64,000 bases of DNA from Pseudomonadota bacterium (GTDB taxonomy: Bacteria > Desulfobacterota > Desulfobacteria > Desulfobacterales > RPRI01). A model generated the notes under the pieces. The model was not told the origin of the DNA and made no database searches. It saw only the letters and a list, made by a program, of their open reading frames with translations. The stretch lies in NCBI GenBank assembly GCA_043825875.1, contig JBDRRF010000079.1, positions 64,001 to 128,000 on the forward strand, in the 5' to 3' direction. The position numbers were made by a program, and so were the translations under genes. Below are positions 1 to 8,116 of the stretch, one piece after another. Position 1 is the first letter of the stretch, and every line of letters starts with the position of its first letter.

Positions 1-1
1 A

Positions 2-163
2 ATGCTTCTTTCCGTTCACGATGAGCTTGTTTTTGAAGTACCACCGGAAGAACTTGATATGGTCACTGAACTTGTTAGAGATATAATGGAAAATGTCTGG
101 ACTCTTAAAGTTCCGCTTAAAGTAAATATTTCATCAGGTATAAACTGGGCAAAAGCGCACTAG
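2..163 (+). CDS. polA: DNA polymerase I, C-terminal end (partial, runs off window)
   Basis: Manual translation MLLSVHDELVFEV…LKVPLKVNISSGINWAKAH*; contains Pol I motif C (VHDE) and the typical NW..AH ending. Confidence 0.92.
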   Translation: MLLSVHDELVFEVPPEELDMVTELVRDIMENVWTLKVPLKVNISSGINWAKAH

Positions 164-199
164 AAACAGGATCACATAAAAAAGTTGGTGATCCTATAA

Positions 200-231
200 G
201 GGTTCAAGGGGTCAAGGATTCCAGGATTCAA
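200..231 (+). repeat. 4 x 8-bp degenerate tandem repeat
   Basis: gggttcaa ggggtcaa ggattcca ggattcaa read directly. Confidence 0.7.
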
Positions 232-283
232 GTGGAGTAAGGAAAACTTACAAATACTATAAAGAGGTATTAGTAAAGTTGAA

Positions 284-1060
284 ATGAGACTTTTTTATAT
301 TGAACAATCAGAGCTTGCAGGAACAAATCCCTCAATAAGAGGTGTTGATGCAAGACATATTATAAATGTACTTCGATTAAAACCCGGAGACAGTATAGAG
401 CTTTTTGATGAATCAGGTATAAAATATGAAGCAAAGATTGTTGCTGTCTCTTCTGCAAAAGTTGATGTAAATATTGTAGGACAAAGCAATCATGTTGTTG
501 AATCGTTTCTTGAGATAGTTGTCGCCCAATCCTTTCTTAAAGAAGGCAAAATGGATAATCTTATCCGGCAACTCACAGAACTTGGCATTACAAAATGGAT
601 ACCATTCATATCGGAACGTTCAGTTTCAAGACCGGATGACAAACGCCTGCTTAATCGTACAAAACGATGGGAAGCCATAGCAAAAGAAGCAACCAAGCAG
701 TGTAAACGGGCCAAAAGCCCCAAAATAGGAAAAACTGTTTCCTTTAAAGAAATTTTAGAATCAAAACCAGAATTTGATCTTAAAATAATATTCTGGGAAA
801 ATGAAAAAAACCTTCTTGGGATAAAAGACCTTGGTGGCAAACATGGGGTTATAAACAAAATCCTTGTAATGCTTGGGCCTGAAGGGGGTTTTACAACAAG
901 TGAAGTCGAAAAAGCAAAAGAAAGCGGTTTTTTAACAGCCGGTCTTGGCCCCCGAATCTTAAGAGCTGAAACCGCTAGCCTATCAGCATGCACCCTTATT
1001 CAGTTTCTTTTTGGAGATATTGGGCAAAAAATCCTTGACAAGAATGCAGGCATAAAATAG
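284..1060 (+). CDS. rsmE: 16S rRNA m3U1498 methyltransferase
   Basis: HIINVLRL, ELGI, EATKQCKR, LGPEGGF, LGPRILRAETA SPOUT motifs. Confidence 0.95.
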   Translation: MRLFYIEQSELAGTNPSIRGVDARHIINVLRLKPGDSIELFDESGIKYEAKIVAVSSAKVDVNIVGQSNHVVESFLEIVVAQSFLKEGKMDNLIRQLTELGITKWIPFISERSVSRPDDKRLLNRTKRWEAIAKEATKQCKRAKSPKIGKTVSFKEILESKPEFDLKIIFWENEKNLLGIKDLGGKHGVINKILVMLGPEGGFTTSEVEKAKESGFLTAGLGPRILRAETASLSACTLIQFLFGDIGQKILDKNAGIK

Positions 1061-1082
1061 ATAAGACTTCTGTTTTTAGTAC

Positions 1083-1158
<76 letters not shown>

Positions 1159-1166
1159 ATAAAATC

Positions 1167-1201
1167 AAGCCTTTAAAGCTTATTTGCTTTAAAGGCTTTT
1201 T
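1167..1201 (+). terminator. Intrinsic terminator after tRNA-Phe
   Basis: AAGCCTTTAAAGC / GCTTTAAAGGCTT inverted repeat followed by T tract. Confidence 0.75.
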
Positions 1202-1271
1202 CATTTTAAGGTATTTATGCAAGGCCTTTGCAAGGATTAAAACCATCGTAAAAAAGTTTCTCTTCTGCATT

Positions 1272-1305
1272 AAAAAAGGCGGATAGTCTCTTACCCGCCT
1301 TTTTT
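1272..1305. terminator. Bidirectional intrinsic terminator
   Basis: AAAAAAGGCGG…CCGCCTTTTTT hairpin with A/T tracts. Confidence 0.65.
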
Positions 1306-1325
1306 ATCACTACTGGTTTTATTCC

Positions 1326-1355
1326 TTGACAAGAATTCCTTTAATTAAATATAAT
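1326..1355 (+). promoter_or_regulatory. sigma70-type promoter for hicB/hicA-like pair
   Basis: TTGACA-18 nt-TATAAT, consensus hexamers. Confidence 0.7.
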
Positions 1356-1381
1356 ATTTATCAAATAAAGGAAGGTTAACC

Positions 1382-1759
1382 ATGAACGAAAAAGAAAAAA
1401 ACATGAATGAGGCTGCTTTTTCGGTCAATATTTTAATCAAAAAAAATGATGATTTATTTGTTGCTCATTGCCTTGAATTGGATATTGTTGCAACCGGGAA
1501 AACCATAGCTGAGGTGCAAAGCGAAATAATTTCTTTAATCTCTGCACAAATAGAATACGCTTTCACCAATAACAACCTTGAACATCTATATCATCCTGCT
1601 CCACCTGAAGTATGGAATGAATTCTTTTCCTGCAAAAAACAGATTGAAAGCAAATACAAAATTAAACCCGGATCTTTAGAGTCAGATAAAAAACATAATA
1701 TCCTTCCGCCATGGCTAATTGCAAAAACATGTCAATCCGGGTCCTCCTGTAATGCCTAA
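1382..1759 (+). CDS. HicB-like antitoxin
   Basis: FVAHCLELDIVATGKTIAE resembles the HicB partial RNase H fold; overlaps the downstream small basic ORF. Confidence 0.6.
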   Translation: MNEKEKNMNEAAFSVNILIKKNDDLFVAHCLELDIVATGKTIAEVQSEIISLISAQIEYAFTNNNLEHLYHPAPPEVWNEFFSCKKQIESKYKIKPGSLESDKKHNILPPWLIAKTCQSGSSCNA

Positions 1760-1967
1760 GCGCCCTTATACAATTAGGGAACTTCTAAAAAAACTTAAAA
1801 CATATGGCATTGTAATAATGCCATCAAAACGCGGTAAGGGCTCCGAAGTTATACTATTAAAACCAAACAAACCCGGTTCTAAACAAGGACCGCAAATTCC
1901 AATTAAAAATCATGGCCCTTCAACAGAAATACACTACCCTGTTATCCTGATTGGGGGCATATTTTGA
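1752..1967 (+). CDS. HicA-like toxin, C-terminus probably truncated
   Basis: MPKRPYTIRELLKKLKTYG…RGKGSE…IPIKNHG, small and basic, coupled to the HicB-like gene; ends abruptly in LIGGIF. Confidence 0.5.
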   Translation: MPKRPYTIRELLKKLKTYGIVIMPSKRGKGSEVILLKPNKPGSKQGPQIPIKNHGPSTEIHYPVILIGGIF

Positions 1968-2175
1968 CACTTTTACATACTGTGAAAATCGGTGTTTAAA
2001 AAACCTCTTGATTTGATTTAAGTAAAGTGTTACCGGGATTTAAGCATTGTTGATCATTACATAATTTTAAAAATTGAGCCCAGTAATCGGGCAAAAGGAA
2101 GGATTTCGCAAAGGTCTCAATTTATTATCCCAGTTTAGTAATGCATGTAACCGACAGTGCGGAGCTATGAATTCT

Positions 2176-3696
2176 TTAAAAGTCAAGCGGACTTTTGGCT
2201 TCTTTCAGGGTTGTACTTTTGATGGTATGTGTATAAATCATAGTGGTTCTGACATCACTATGCCCCAGTAATTCCTGAATGGTCCTTATATCATAGTTTG
2301 CCTGCAATAAATGACTGGCAAAGCTGTGGCGAAAGGTATGAGCAGTGGCACGTTTTGTAATCCTTGATTTGTCTACCGCCTTTTTTATGGTTTTTTGAAC
2401 AAGGCTTTCATGCAAATGATAACGTCGGTACTCCCCGCTTTTCTTTTCATAAGTTAATTGCATTGCCGGAAAAAACCACTGCCATATAAAATCCTTTGCT
2501 GCATTTTTATATTTTAACTCTAATGCATTTACCAGAAATACTCCGGCATATTTTCTTTCAATGTCCCGTTTATGCAAATCTTTCAATGTCTCAAGATGAT
2601 TTTTAAGTTCAGAAATGATTTTTTCGGGAAGCGGGACTGTTCTATCCTTTTGGCCTTTACCGTCATGAACTGTTAATATCCCTGCATCAAAATTCATACA
2701 ATGCACACGAAGACCCAGGCATTCAAAAAGTCGAAGTCCGCACCCATAAAGCAATTTCACAACAAGATCAAAGGGAGGTTCCAATAATTTCAGGATATCA
2801 TCAATCTCTTCACGAGATAGGACTACAGGGATATATGGTTTCCTTTTTGCTCTTACAACCCCGTCGAGTTTCCCGAATTCCCTGCGTAGAATATGCCGAT
2901 AAAAAAATAACAGCGAATTAAAAGCCTGGTTCTGAGTGGAAGAAGCTACTTTTCGCTTCACAGCCAAAGAGGTTAAGAATTCTTTAACATCGTCTGCTGA
3001 AAGCAATTCCGGGTTCTTGCTTTTTGTAAAAGTCTGGAATTTTCGAACCCATCCTTTATATGTCCTGAGAGTTTTAGGAGAATAATGCCTTACACTTATT
3101 TCATTCTCCAGGCCTGTGTATTCCTTTACCCATGAAGCACCGGTTGCTTGAACAGCGTACTTCTTATTTACCGGTTTGCTGACGGTTTTTAATGAACCGT
3201 TAAAAGTTGGTGATTCCGTAATAACTCCCGAAACCGTCATGCCGGACTCGATCTGGCATCCAGAATTGTTTATAATTTCAGAATGCTGGCTTTCGCTGGT
3301 ATGATGGGGCAAACTATTATCCTGCTTTGCGGGTCCATTAACAGCCTCACGAACAGAAAAAGCTTTGTGGCTTTTAGAAGGAATATATTCCCGATAATTT
3401 ACAGATTGGGTTACGATTTCCTTGTCTGTGAGACCTTTCATCTCAATTACTTCATAATACAGATTTACTGCAATTATTGCTTGATCTTGCTGCTCTTTAG
3501 TCTGTTTTTTTTCTTGCAGTTTACGGACAAACAGTAACAATTTATCTTTATTCGCTGGTGGGTGGCTATACTTGCCGCAAAAGTCCAAATAATAGCGCAG
3601 CCATTTTTTGTAAGCCACTTGTAAATTATTTGGGATTTTTCTTTTTATTAAAATAGCTTCAAATTGTTCCAGTATTTGGGAAGGGATAGCAAGCAT
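2176..3696 (-). CDS. intI: Integron integrase with N-terminal extension
   Basis: Tyrosine recombinase motifs LLYGCGLR, K in GKGQKDR, HTFRHSFASHLL, LLGHSDVRTTMIYTH, plus the integron-specific insertion ALELKYKNAAKDFIWQWFFPA…RRYHLHE; divergent from an attC array. Confidence 0.95.
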   Translation of the reverse strand: MLAIPSQILEQFEAILIKRKIPNNLQVAYKKWLRYYLDFCGKYSHPPANKDKLLLFVRKLQEKKQTKEQQDQAIIAVNLYYEVIEMKGLTDKEIVTQSVNYREYIPSKSHKAFSVREAVNGPAKQDNSLPHHTSESQHSEIINNSGCQIESGMTVSGVITESPTFNGSLKTVSKPVNKKYAVQATGASWVKEYTGLENEISVRHYSPKTLRTYKGWVRKFQTFTKSKNPELLSADDVKEFLTSLAVKRKVASSTQNQAFNSLLFFYRHILRREFGKLDGVVRAKRKPYIPVVLSREEIDDILKLLEPPFDLVVKLLYGCGLRLFECLGLRVHCMNFDAGILTVHDGKGQKDRTVPLPEKIISELKNHLETLKDLHKRDIERKYAGVFLVNALELKYKNAAKDFIWQWFFPAMQLTYEKKSGEYRRYHLHESLVQKTIKKAVDKSRITKRATAHTFRHSFASHLLQANYDIRTIQELLGHSDVRTTMIYTHTIKSTTLKEAKSPLDF

Positions 3697-3750
3697 ATAA
3701 TCTCCTTCTTCCAGATAGTTTGATAAATAATATGATATCTGGAAAGTTAA

Positions 3751-3779
3751 AAAATATATTATTGCAAATTTCTTGTCAA
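3751..3779 (-). promoter_or_regulatory. Candidate Pint promoter of intI
   Basis: Minus strand TTGACA-17 nt-TATTTT, ~55 nt upstream of the intI start. Confidence 0.55.
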
Positions 3780-3894
3780 TAGATTATATGTAGTTCAAAT
3801 TTAAATCAAAATAACCCTTGGTCATTTTGTAATTTAACTTAAACATTATAGATTTTTTTCTAAAACTTTGTGTTGATCATACGAAATTACAAGA

Positions 3895-3924
3895 TCACCG
3901 GATCTGGTGAATAACTTGTTAGGT
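3895..3924 (+). other. Putative attI site (core GTTAGGT at 3918-3924)
   Basis: GTTRRRY core between divergent intI and the first cassette ORF, not preceded by an attC stem. Confidence 0.7.
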
Positions 3925-3955
3925 GTCCCCCACACAAAGACGAAAGGATATTATT

Positions 3956-4663
3956 ATGGGTTTCTTTAAAAAAATTTTTGGTAAAGAAAACGCTTCACGA
4001 TCATCAAATTCTGATAAAAATGATAAAGAAAGACAAAGTGAAAAGCGAATCACATTACCGGATGTACTTGCTAAAAAAGGTGATATGAACATTAGAGATG
4101 TAATTAAATCCTGTTCATCAAATGAATTACAAAAAATTATCAATGAATTACCTATTGAATCCCTCATATTAGATTCAACCGCATGTTCAGACGTTAGGCT
4201 GAATGACAGGTTGTTTCAAATTTGTATTCAATTTTCATCAGTTCTTGCGAATTATGATAGTATTAGAAATGAAAATCCTGATTTTAAGTTGCCTGTAGAC
4301 TTACCTGCTTTTGAATTATCAAAAAATTTAATCCCAAGATTTGTAGAACAAATAAAGGCTCAAAATACTTCTGATATTTTCCCCGCAGCTGGTCAAGAAA
4401 TATTCATTTTTGCACAAGACCTGATTAAAGGAGGGTGGAATCATGAGGCATTCGATTGTCTTTCAGTATGCGAGAACATCCCAGGTTTAAATAAAAATGA
4501 AGTTGTATTTTGGTCATGGGCATCTCTCCATAACATTGCCACTAAAACTAAGGTTCGTAAAATTATCAAACGTGCTTTGGAAGCTTCGAAAAAAATACCT
4601 GCTGGCCGTCGTGAAGAAGTTGCAAAGGCTATAGAGTGGGAACGTAAACAATTATTTGGCTAA
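3956..4663 (+). CDS. Cassette 1 hypothetical protein
   Basis: AAGGA RBS then ATG 3956 (MGFFKKIFGK); stop codon overlaps attC R'' GGCTAAC. Confidence 0.75.
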   Translation: MGFFKKIFGKENASRSSNSDKNDKERQSEKRITLPDVLAKKGDMNIRDVIKSCSSNELQKIINELPIESLILDSTACSDVRLNDRLFQICIQFSSVLANYDSIRNENPDFKLPVDLPAFELSKNLIPRFVEQIKAQNTSDIFPAAGQEIFIFAQDLIKGGWNHEAFDCLSVCENIPGLNKNEVVFWSWASLHNIATKTKVRKIIKRALEASKKIPAGRREEVAKAIEWERKQLFG

Positions 4664-4712
4664 CAAAAAACAGCTGACGCAAAAAGCCGCACCGCTAATT
4701 TTGACGTAGAAG
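4658..4712 (+). other. Degenerate attC site
   Basis: GGCTAAC…CAGCTGACGCAAAAAGCCGCACCGCTAAT…GTAGAAG; same family as 5441 and 8117 but R' lacks GTT. Confidence 0.65.
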
Positions 4713-4724
4713 GAGGAAACTATT

Positions 4725-5420
4725 ATGGGTTTTTGGGGAAAAATATTTGGTAATAAAAATAATAACGATATAAAAATCGTCAAAAATGGAACTCATCACA
4801 ACTGGTATTTTTCAGAGGATAAAAAACGTGGATTGAACCAAATTGTCTTAAATCTCGATGGTCGTTCAGCAACCAAATCGCAATTTGGTAATTTGATTCT
4901 TAATCGTAATAAGTATGGTCCACTTTTTAGTGACCTTGCTGTTGGCTTTTTTGACCTTGATACAAATCCCGGCCCTTTTTTATTGGTTAAAAATTCTAGA
5001 TATGCCAAAGAACTTGCAAATGAGTCTATTACCATTGCATTTACATTTTGTCACATGCCATCGGGTCCACTATTCGCAATTTTCATGTATCCAAATTCAA
5101 AACAAGAAAGACTTCCTCCAGGAGCTTGCTTTACTGACCAAGTTTACAATATTAATGATTTTAAAGATCTAATTACAGGGTCATTTAAGAAAGATAAAAT
5201 GACTATTGTTTTTGCACAGGGTGGTGGCATGGCTGGTATAGATTGCCTTTTTGATGTGGAATATATTTTTAACAATTCACTTCATGAAAAATTTATAGAA
5301 CAATGGTCTAAACTTATTGAACACGGAAAGTCTGTACGTTCAATTTCTTTTGAAGCAAGTAGAGAAGAACTTTATGCCCGAACTCCAACCAATGAATCTC
5401 CAATTCTTAGGTTAAAATAA
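4725..5420 (+). CDS. Cassette 2 hypothetical protein
   Basis: GGAGG RBS, 231-aa ORF between attC sites. Confidence 0.75.
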   Translation: MGFWGKIFGNKNNNDIKIVKNGTHHNWYFSEDKKRGLNQIVLNLDGRSATKSQFGNLILNRNKYGPLFSDLAVGFFDLDTNPGPFLLVKNSRYAKELANESITIAFTFCHMPSGPLFAIFMYPNSKQERLPPGACFTDQVYNINDFKDLITGSFKKDKMTIVFAQGGGMAGIDCLFDVEYIFNNSLHEKFIEQWSKLIEHGKSVRSISFEASREELYARTPTNESPILRLK

Positions 5421-5440
5421 TGAGCGAGTAGCCCAAGAAC

Positions 5441-5500
5441 ACCTAACCAGGCTAATTCAGCCGACGCAAAAAGCCGCGCGGCTGATTAGCGGCGTTCGGC
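5441..5500 (+). other. attC site
   Basis: ACCTAAC…GCTAATTCAGCCGACGC AAAAA GCCGCGCGGCTGATTAGC…GTTCGGC; imperfect stem with extrahelical bases. Confidence 0.9.
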
Positions 5501-5660
5501 AGGAGGCACTATTCTATTTGGGATTTTTCAGTCAAAAGCCATGTTCGAAGAACTTGAAACATTGAAAAAGAGCTATGACCAAATTAAAGAAAGCAAAATG
5601 GAATGCCTATTATGTATTAGTAGACATTATAAGTTGAACCTGAATTGAGAAAGGAGAAAC

Positions 5661-6209
5661 ATGAGAAAAACAATGGTGGTTTACATGTTGATTTGTTGTT
5701 TGGCGGTTTTAGTTAGCTGTCGACATCAAGGTGCATATGTCCCATACACTCCAGACCCGCAAGAGACATGGAGTTACAGTTCAATAACAAGCCCAGTAGT
5801 CACTAATGATTACACCATATCTATTGTGCCTGAATATTGGGGGAGTTACCGCAGAAATTTCGGATGGCAATGTTTTGCGCTTTCCGTAGAAAATAAGACG
5901 GATAAAAATATCGAAATTGTGTGGGACAAAACCCTTTTTGTAACAAAAGGTTCAACGAGTGGCAGATTTATGTTTGATGGCGTGATTTACAAAGATCGCA
6001 ACAATCCAAAACCCAACGATATTGTATTTGGAAATACCACACTTACCAAGTTAATTTTACCCAATAACCTCTTGGAATATATTAGGGGGTCTTCGATGGG
6101 GTGGCTTCATAATATAATACCACAAGGTGAAACTGGTATATATATTACCATTAAGATAGATGAAAAAGAAATTGGCGAAAAAGTGATAGTTAATATAAGT
6201 AAGGAATAA
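5661..6209 (+). CDS. Cassette 3 putative lipoprotein
   Basis: AAGGAG RBS; hydrophobic N-terminus ending LVSC (lipobox). Confidence 0.75.
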   Translation: MRKTMVVYMLICCLAVLVSCRHQGAYVPYTPDPQETWSYSSITSPVVTNDYTISIVPEYWGSYRRNFGWQCFALSVENKTDKNIEIVWDKTLFVTKGSTSGRFMFDGVIYKDRNNPKPNDIVFGNTTLTKLILPNNLLEYIRGSSMGWLHNIIPQGETGIYITIKIDEKEIGEKVIVNISKE

Positions 6210-6278
6210 AGTAAGTTGCTTACAACCAGACAGTTTGGGAAGAAGCGGGACGTTCCAATGAACAACAAGGCAGAAAGC

Positions 6279-6405
6279 GCCGAACAATTTAATACACACT
6301 GACCCCAAGGAGCTATTTTTTCGGCTGTCATTTCGGCTGTAGTTACCATAGTTTCCTGTGTTGTAGTTTTGTGTTTCCTTGGGGCAGGTGATCATGGCGT
6401 TAGCT
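6279..6405 (+). other. attC site (127 bp)
   Basis: GCCGAAC…CACACTGACCCCAAGGA…TCCTTGGGGCAGGTG…GTTAGCT; R'' is complementary to the GTTCGGC that opens this cassette. Confidence 0.88.
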
Positions 6406-6442
6406 TACGAATGAAAATGAAAACCAGACATCAAAAAAAATA

Positions 6443-6737
6443 GAGTTTTTTGAAGGCAGGCAAAAAAACCCTAAAAAGGAGATTCTTATGGCGGATAAAA
6501 TGAAAGTTGAAACAGGTAGCAATGCTTTTATTATGGAGGCCAGTGATGATACTATGCTTCTTGGCCTGAAGCTTCCGAAATGTCCTCACCCGAAAGGTAC
6601 AATGATTAAAGTTTCTCTTGCTCCCGAAGGAGCAAAAGATGATGGCTCTCTAAAAGGAATATGTTGCGATGGCCTTTGTTGGAGCAACTGATTAAATAAA
6701 CATAAACTAAAAAATTTTGCCTGCCTTCAAAAAACTC
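6443..6737. repeat. Perfect 23-bp inverted repeat (6443-6465 / 6715-6737) enclosing the peptide gene
   Basis: GAGTTTTTTGAAGGCAGGCAAAA and TTTTGCCTGCCTTCAAAAAACTC. Confidence 0.95.
6488..6691 (+). CDS. Putative RiPP precursor peptide (67 aa, C-terminal GICCDGLCWSN)
   Basis: Strong AAGGAG RBS; short ORF directly upstream of a rSAM/SPASM gene in the same cassette; Cys/Trp/Asn-rich C-terminus. Confidence 0.75.
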   Translation: MADKMKVETGSNAFIMEASDDTMLLGLKLPKCPHPKGTMIKVSLAPEGAKDDGSLKGICCDGLCWSN

Positions 6738-6756
6738 GATATATGGAGTAGAGACT

Positions 6757-8076
6757 ATGAAGTCTTCAATGTTTAATCTCGTTTTTGATCATCAAGGAAG
6801 CATCTATTGCTTCAACACTGCTAGCGGTGCTCTTCTTCCAATCTCTGGAGAAACAAAAAAAATAATTAAGGGGAAAAAAATACATACCGATCAATTGAGC
6901 GTTAATTATCCTGATTTAGTGAAAGGTCGATTTTTTGTTCCACCAGAAACGGATGAAATAAAAAAACTCCGATTTAAATATGAATCCCAACGTTTTAATA
7001 CTTCTATCTTAGCACTAACAGTTTGCCCTACTCTTTCATGCAATTTTGCTTGCCCTTACTGCTTCGAATCGCCCAGTATTCAGCAAGGATACATGAGTGA
7101 AGAAACTATCAATTGTTTAATACAGTTCTTGGAGGCACACTTGCCGTCAAAAAAATCTTTACTGTTAACTTGGTTTGGAGGTGAGCCTTTATTAGGGCTG
7201 TCTATAATTGATAGGCTATCAAAAACAATTATTGAACTTTGTGAAAAAAATGAAGTTGAATACAGTTCCTCTATAATCACGAATGGTTATCTTCTTAACC
7301 GTGAAAATGCCGAAACTCTTCTTGCCAATCAAATAACGAGAGTTCAAGTAACCATTGATGGAACAGAAAATGTTCATAATGCAACTCGCTCCCTTAAAAA
7401 CGGAAAAGGAACATTTAACCGCATTATTACTAACGTTCTTTGTTGTAAAGATATTTTAGATGTTGCTATCAGAATAAATTTACACAATAAAAATGCCTAT
7501 GATATGGATAAGCTCATTGCATATTTAGCGGAAAAGGGCTTAGCGAATCAGGCATATGTGGATCGAGTAACAGATGAGGCACATTCTAACAGATGCTTGA
7601 GTTGTGATGACTTTACTTCATTATCGATAGATGACTTTTCAAAATATGAAACAAGAGCGTTAAATGTATTTGCAAACCAAAGAATACTTGACAGGAAGTT
7701 AAAGCCTAAACCAACTTTTTGTGCGGCCACAACTCTATCAATGTTTGTATTAGATCCAGCCGGCAATATTTTTAAATGTTGGCACAGTGTAGGCAATATT
7801 CATGAGTCCATAGGCAATATACACCAAGAGTCAATTGAATTGAATGAGAACCATATAGACTGGCTCTCCTATCTGCCTTATGACGATGATAAATGTTGTA
7901 GTTGTATTTGTCTACCTATTTGTCAGGGCGGTTGCATTTATCAAAAAATATTAGGTGTAAAAGTATTTGGAGAATGTGATTCTATTCGAAGCAACCTGGT
8001 TGATACATTACGGATTGTAATTGATAATGATTTGAATTCTACAAAGCTATCTCATGATAATGTGGTGACTTGTTAA
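6757..8076 (+). CDS. Radical SAM/SPASM domain protein, probable peptide maturase
   Basis: CNFACPYC (CxxxCxxC), WFGGEPLL, SPASM cysteines FC…NIFKCW…CCSCICLPICQGGC…C; ~80-aa N-terminal extension consistent with an RRE-like domain. Confidence 0.9.
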   Translation: MKSSMFNLVFDHQGSIYCFNTASGALLPISGETKKIIKGKKIHTDQLSVNYPDLVKGRFFVPPETDEIKKLRFKYESQRFNTSILALTVCPTLSCNFACPYCFESPSIQQGYMSEETINCLIQFLEAHLPSKKSLLLTWFGGEPLLGLSIIDRLSKTIIELCEKNEVEYSSSIITNGYLLNRENAETLLANQITRVQVTIDGTENVHNATRSLKNGKGTFNRIITNVLCCKDILDVAIRINLHNKNAYDMDKLIAYLAEKGLANQAYVDRVTDEAHSNRCLSCDDFTSLSIDDFSKYETRALNVFANQRILDRKLKPKPTFCAATTLSMFVLDPAGNIFKCWHSVGNIHESIGNIHQESIELNENHIDWLSYLPYDDDKCCSCICLPICQGGCIYQKILGVKVFGECDSIRSNLVDTLRIVIDNDLNSTKLSHDNVVTC

Positions 8077-8116
8077 TCCGCTGTTTTGTATTGTACCAAT
8101 CTGAGATAATTGAAAA

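Noticed and set aside
490..993. Long antisense ORFs over housekeeping genes (also 42998-43441, 46129-46596, 60538-60972)
   Set aside because: They are shadow frames opposite well-supported genes and carry no motifs.
6057..6395. Minus-strand ORFs 6057-6395 and 6107-6349
   Set aside because: They overlap the lipoprotein gene and an attC site on the opposite strand and have no recognisable motifs.
6757..8076. Anaerobic sulfatase maturase or PqqE/heme d1-type SPASM enzyme
   Set aside because: No sulfatase, pqq or nir genes are nearby, and the gene is co-packaged with a short Cys-rich ORF. Not formally excluded without HMM scores.
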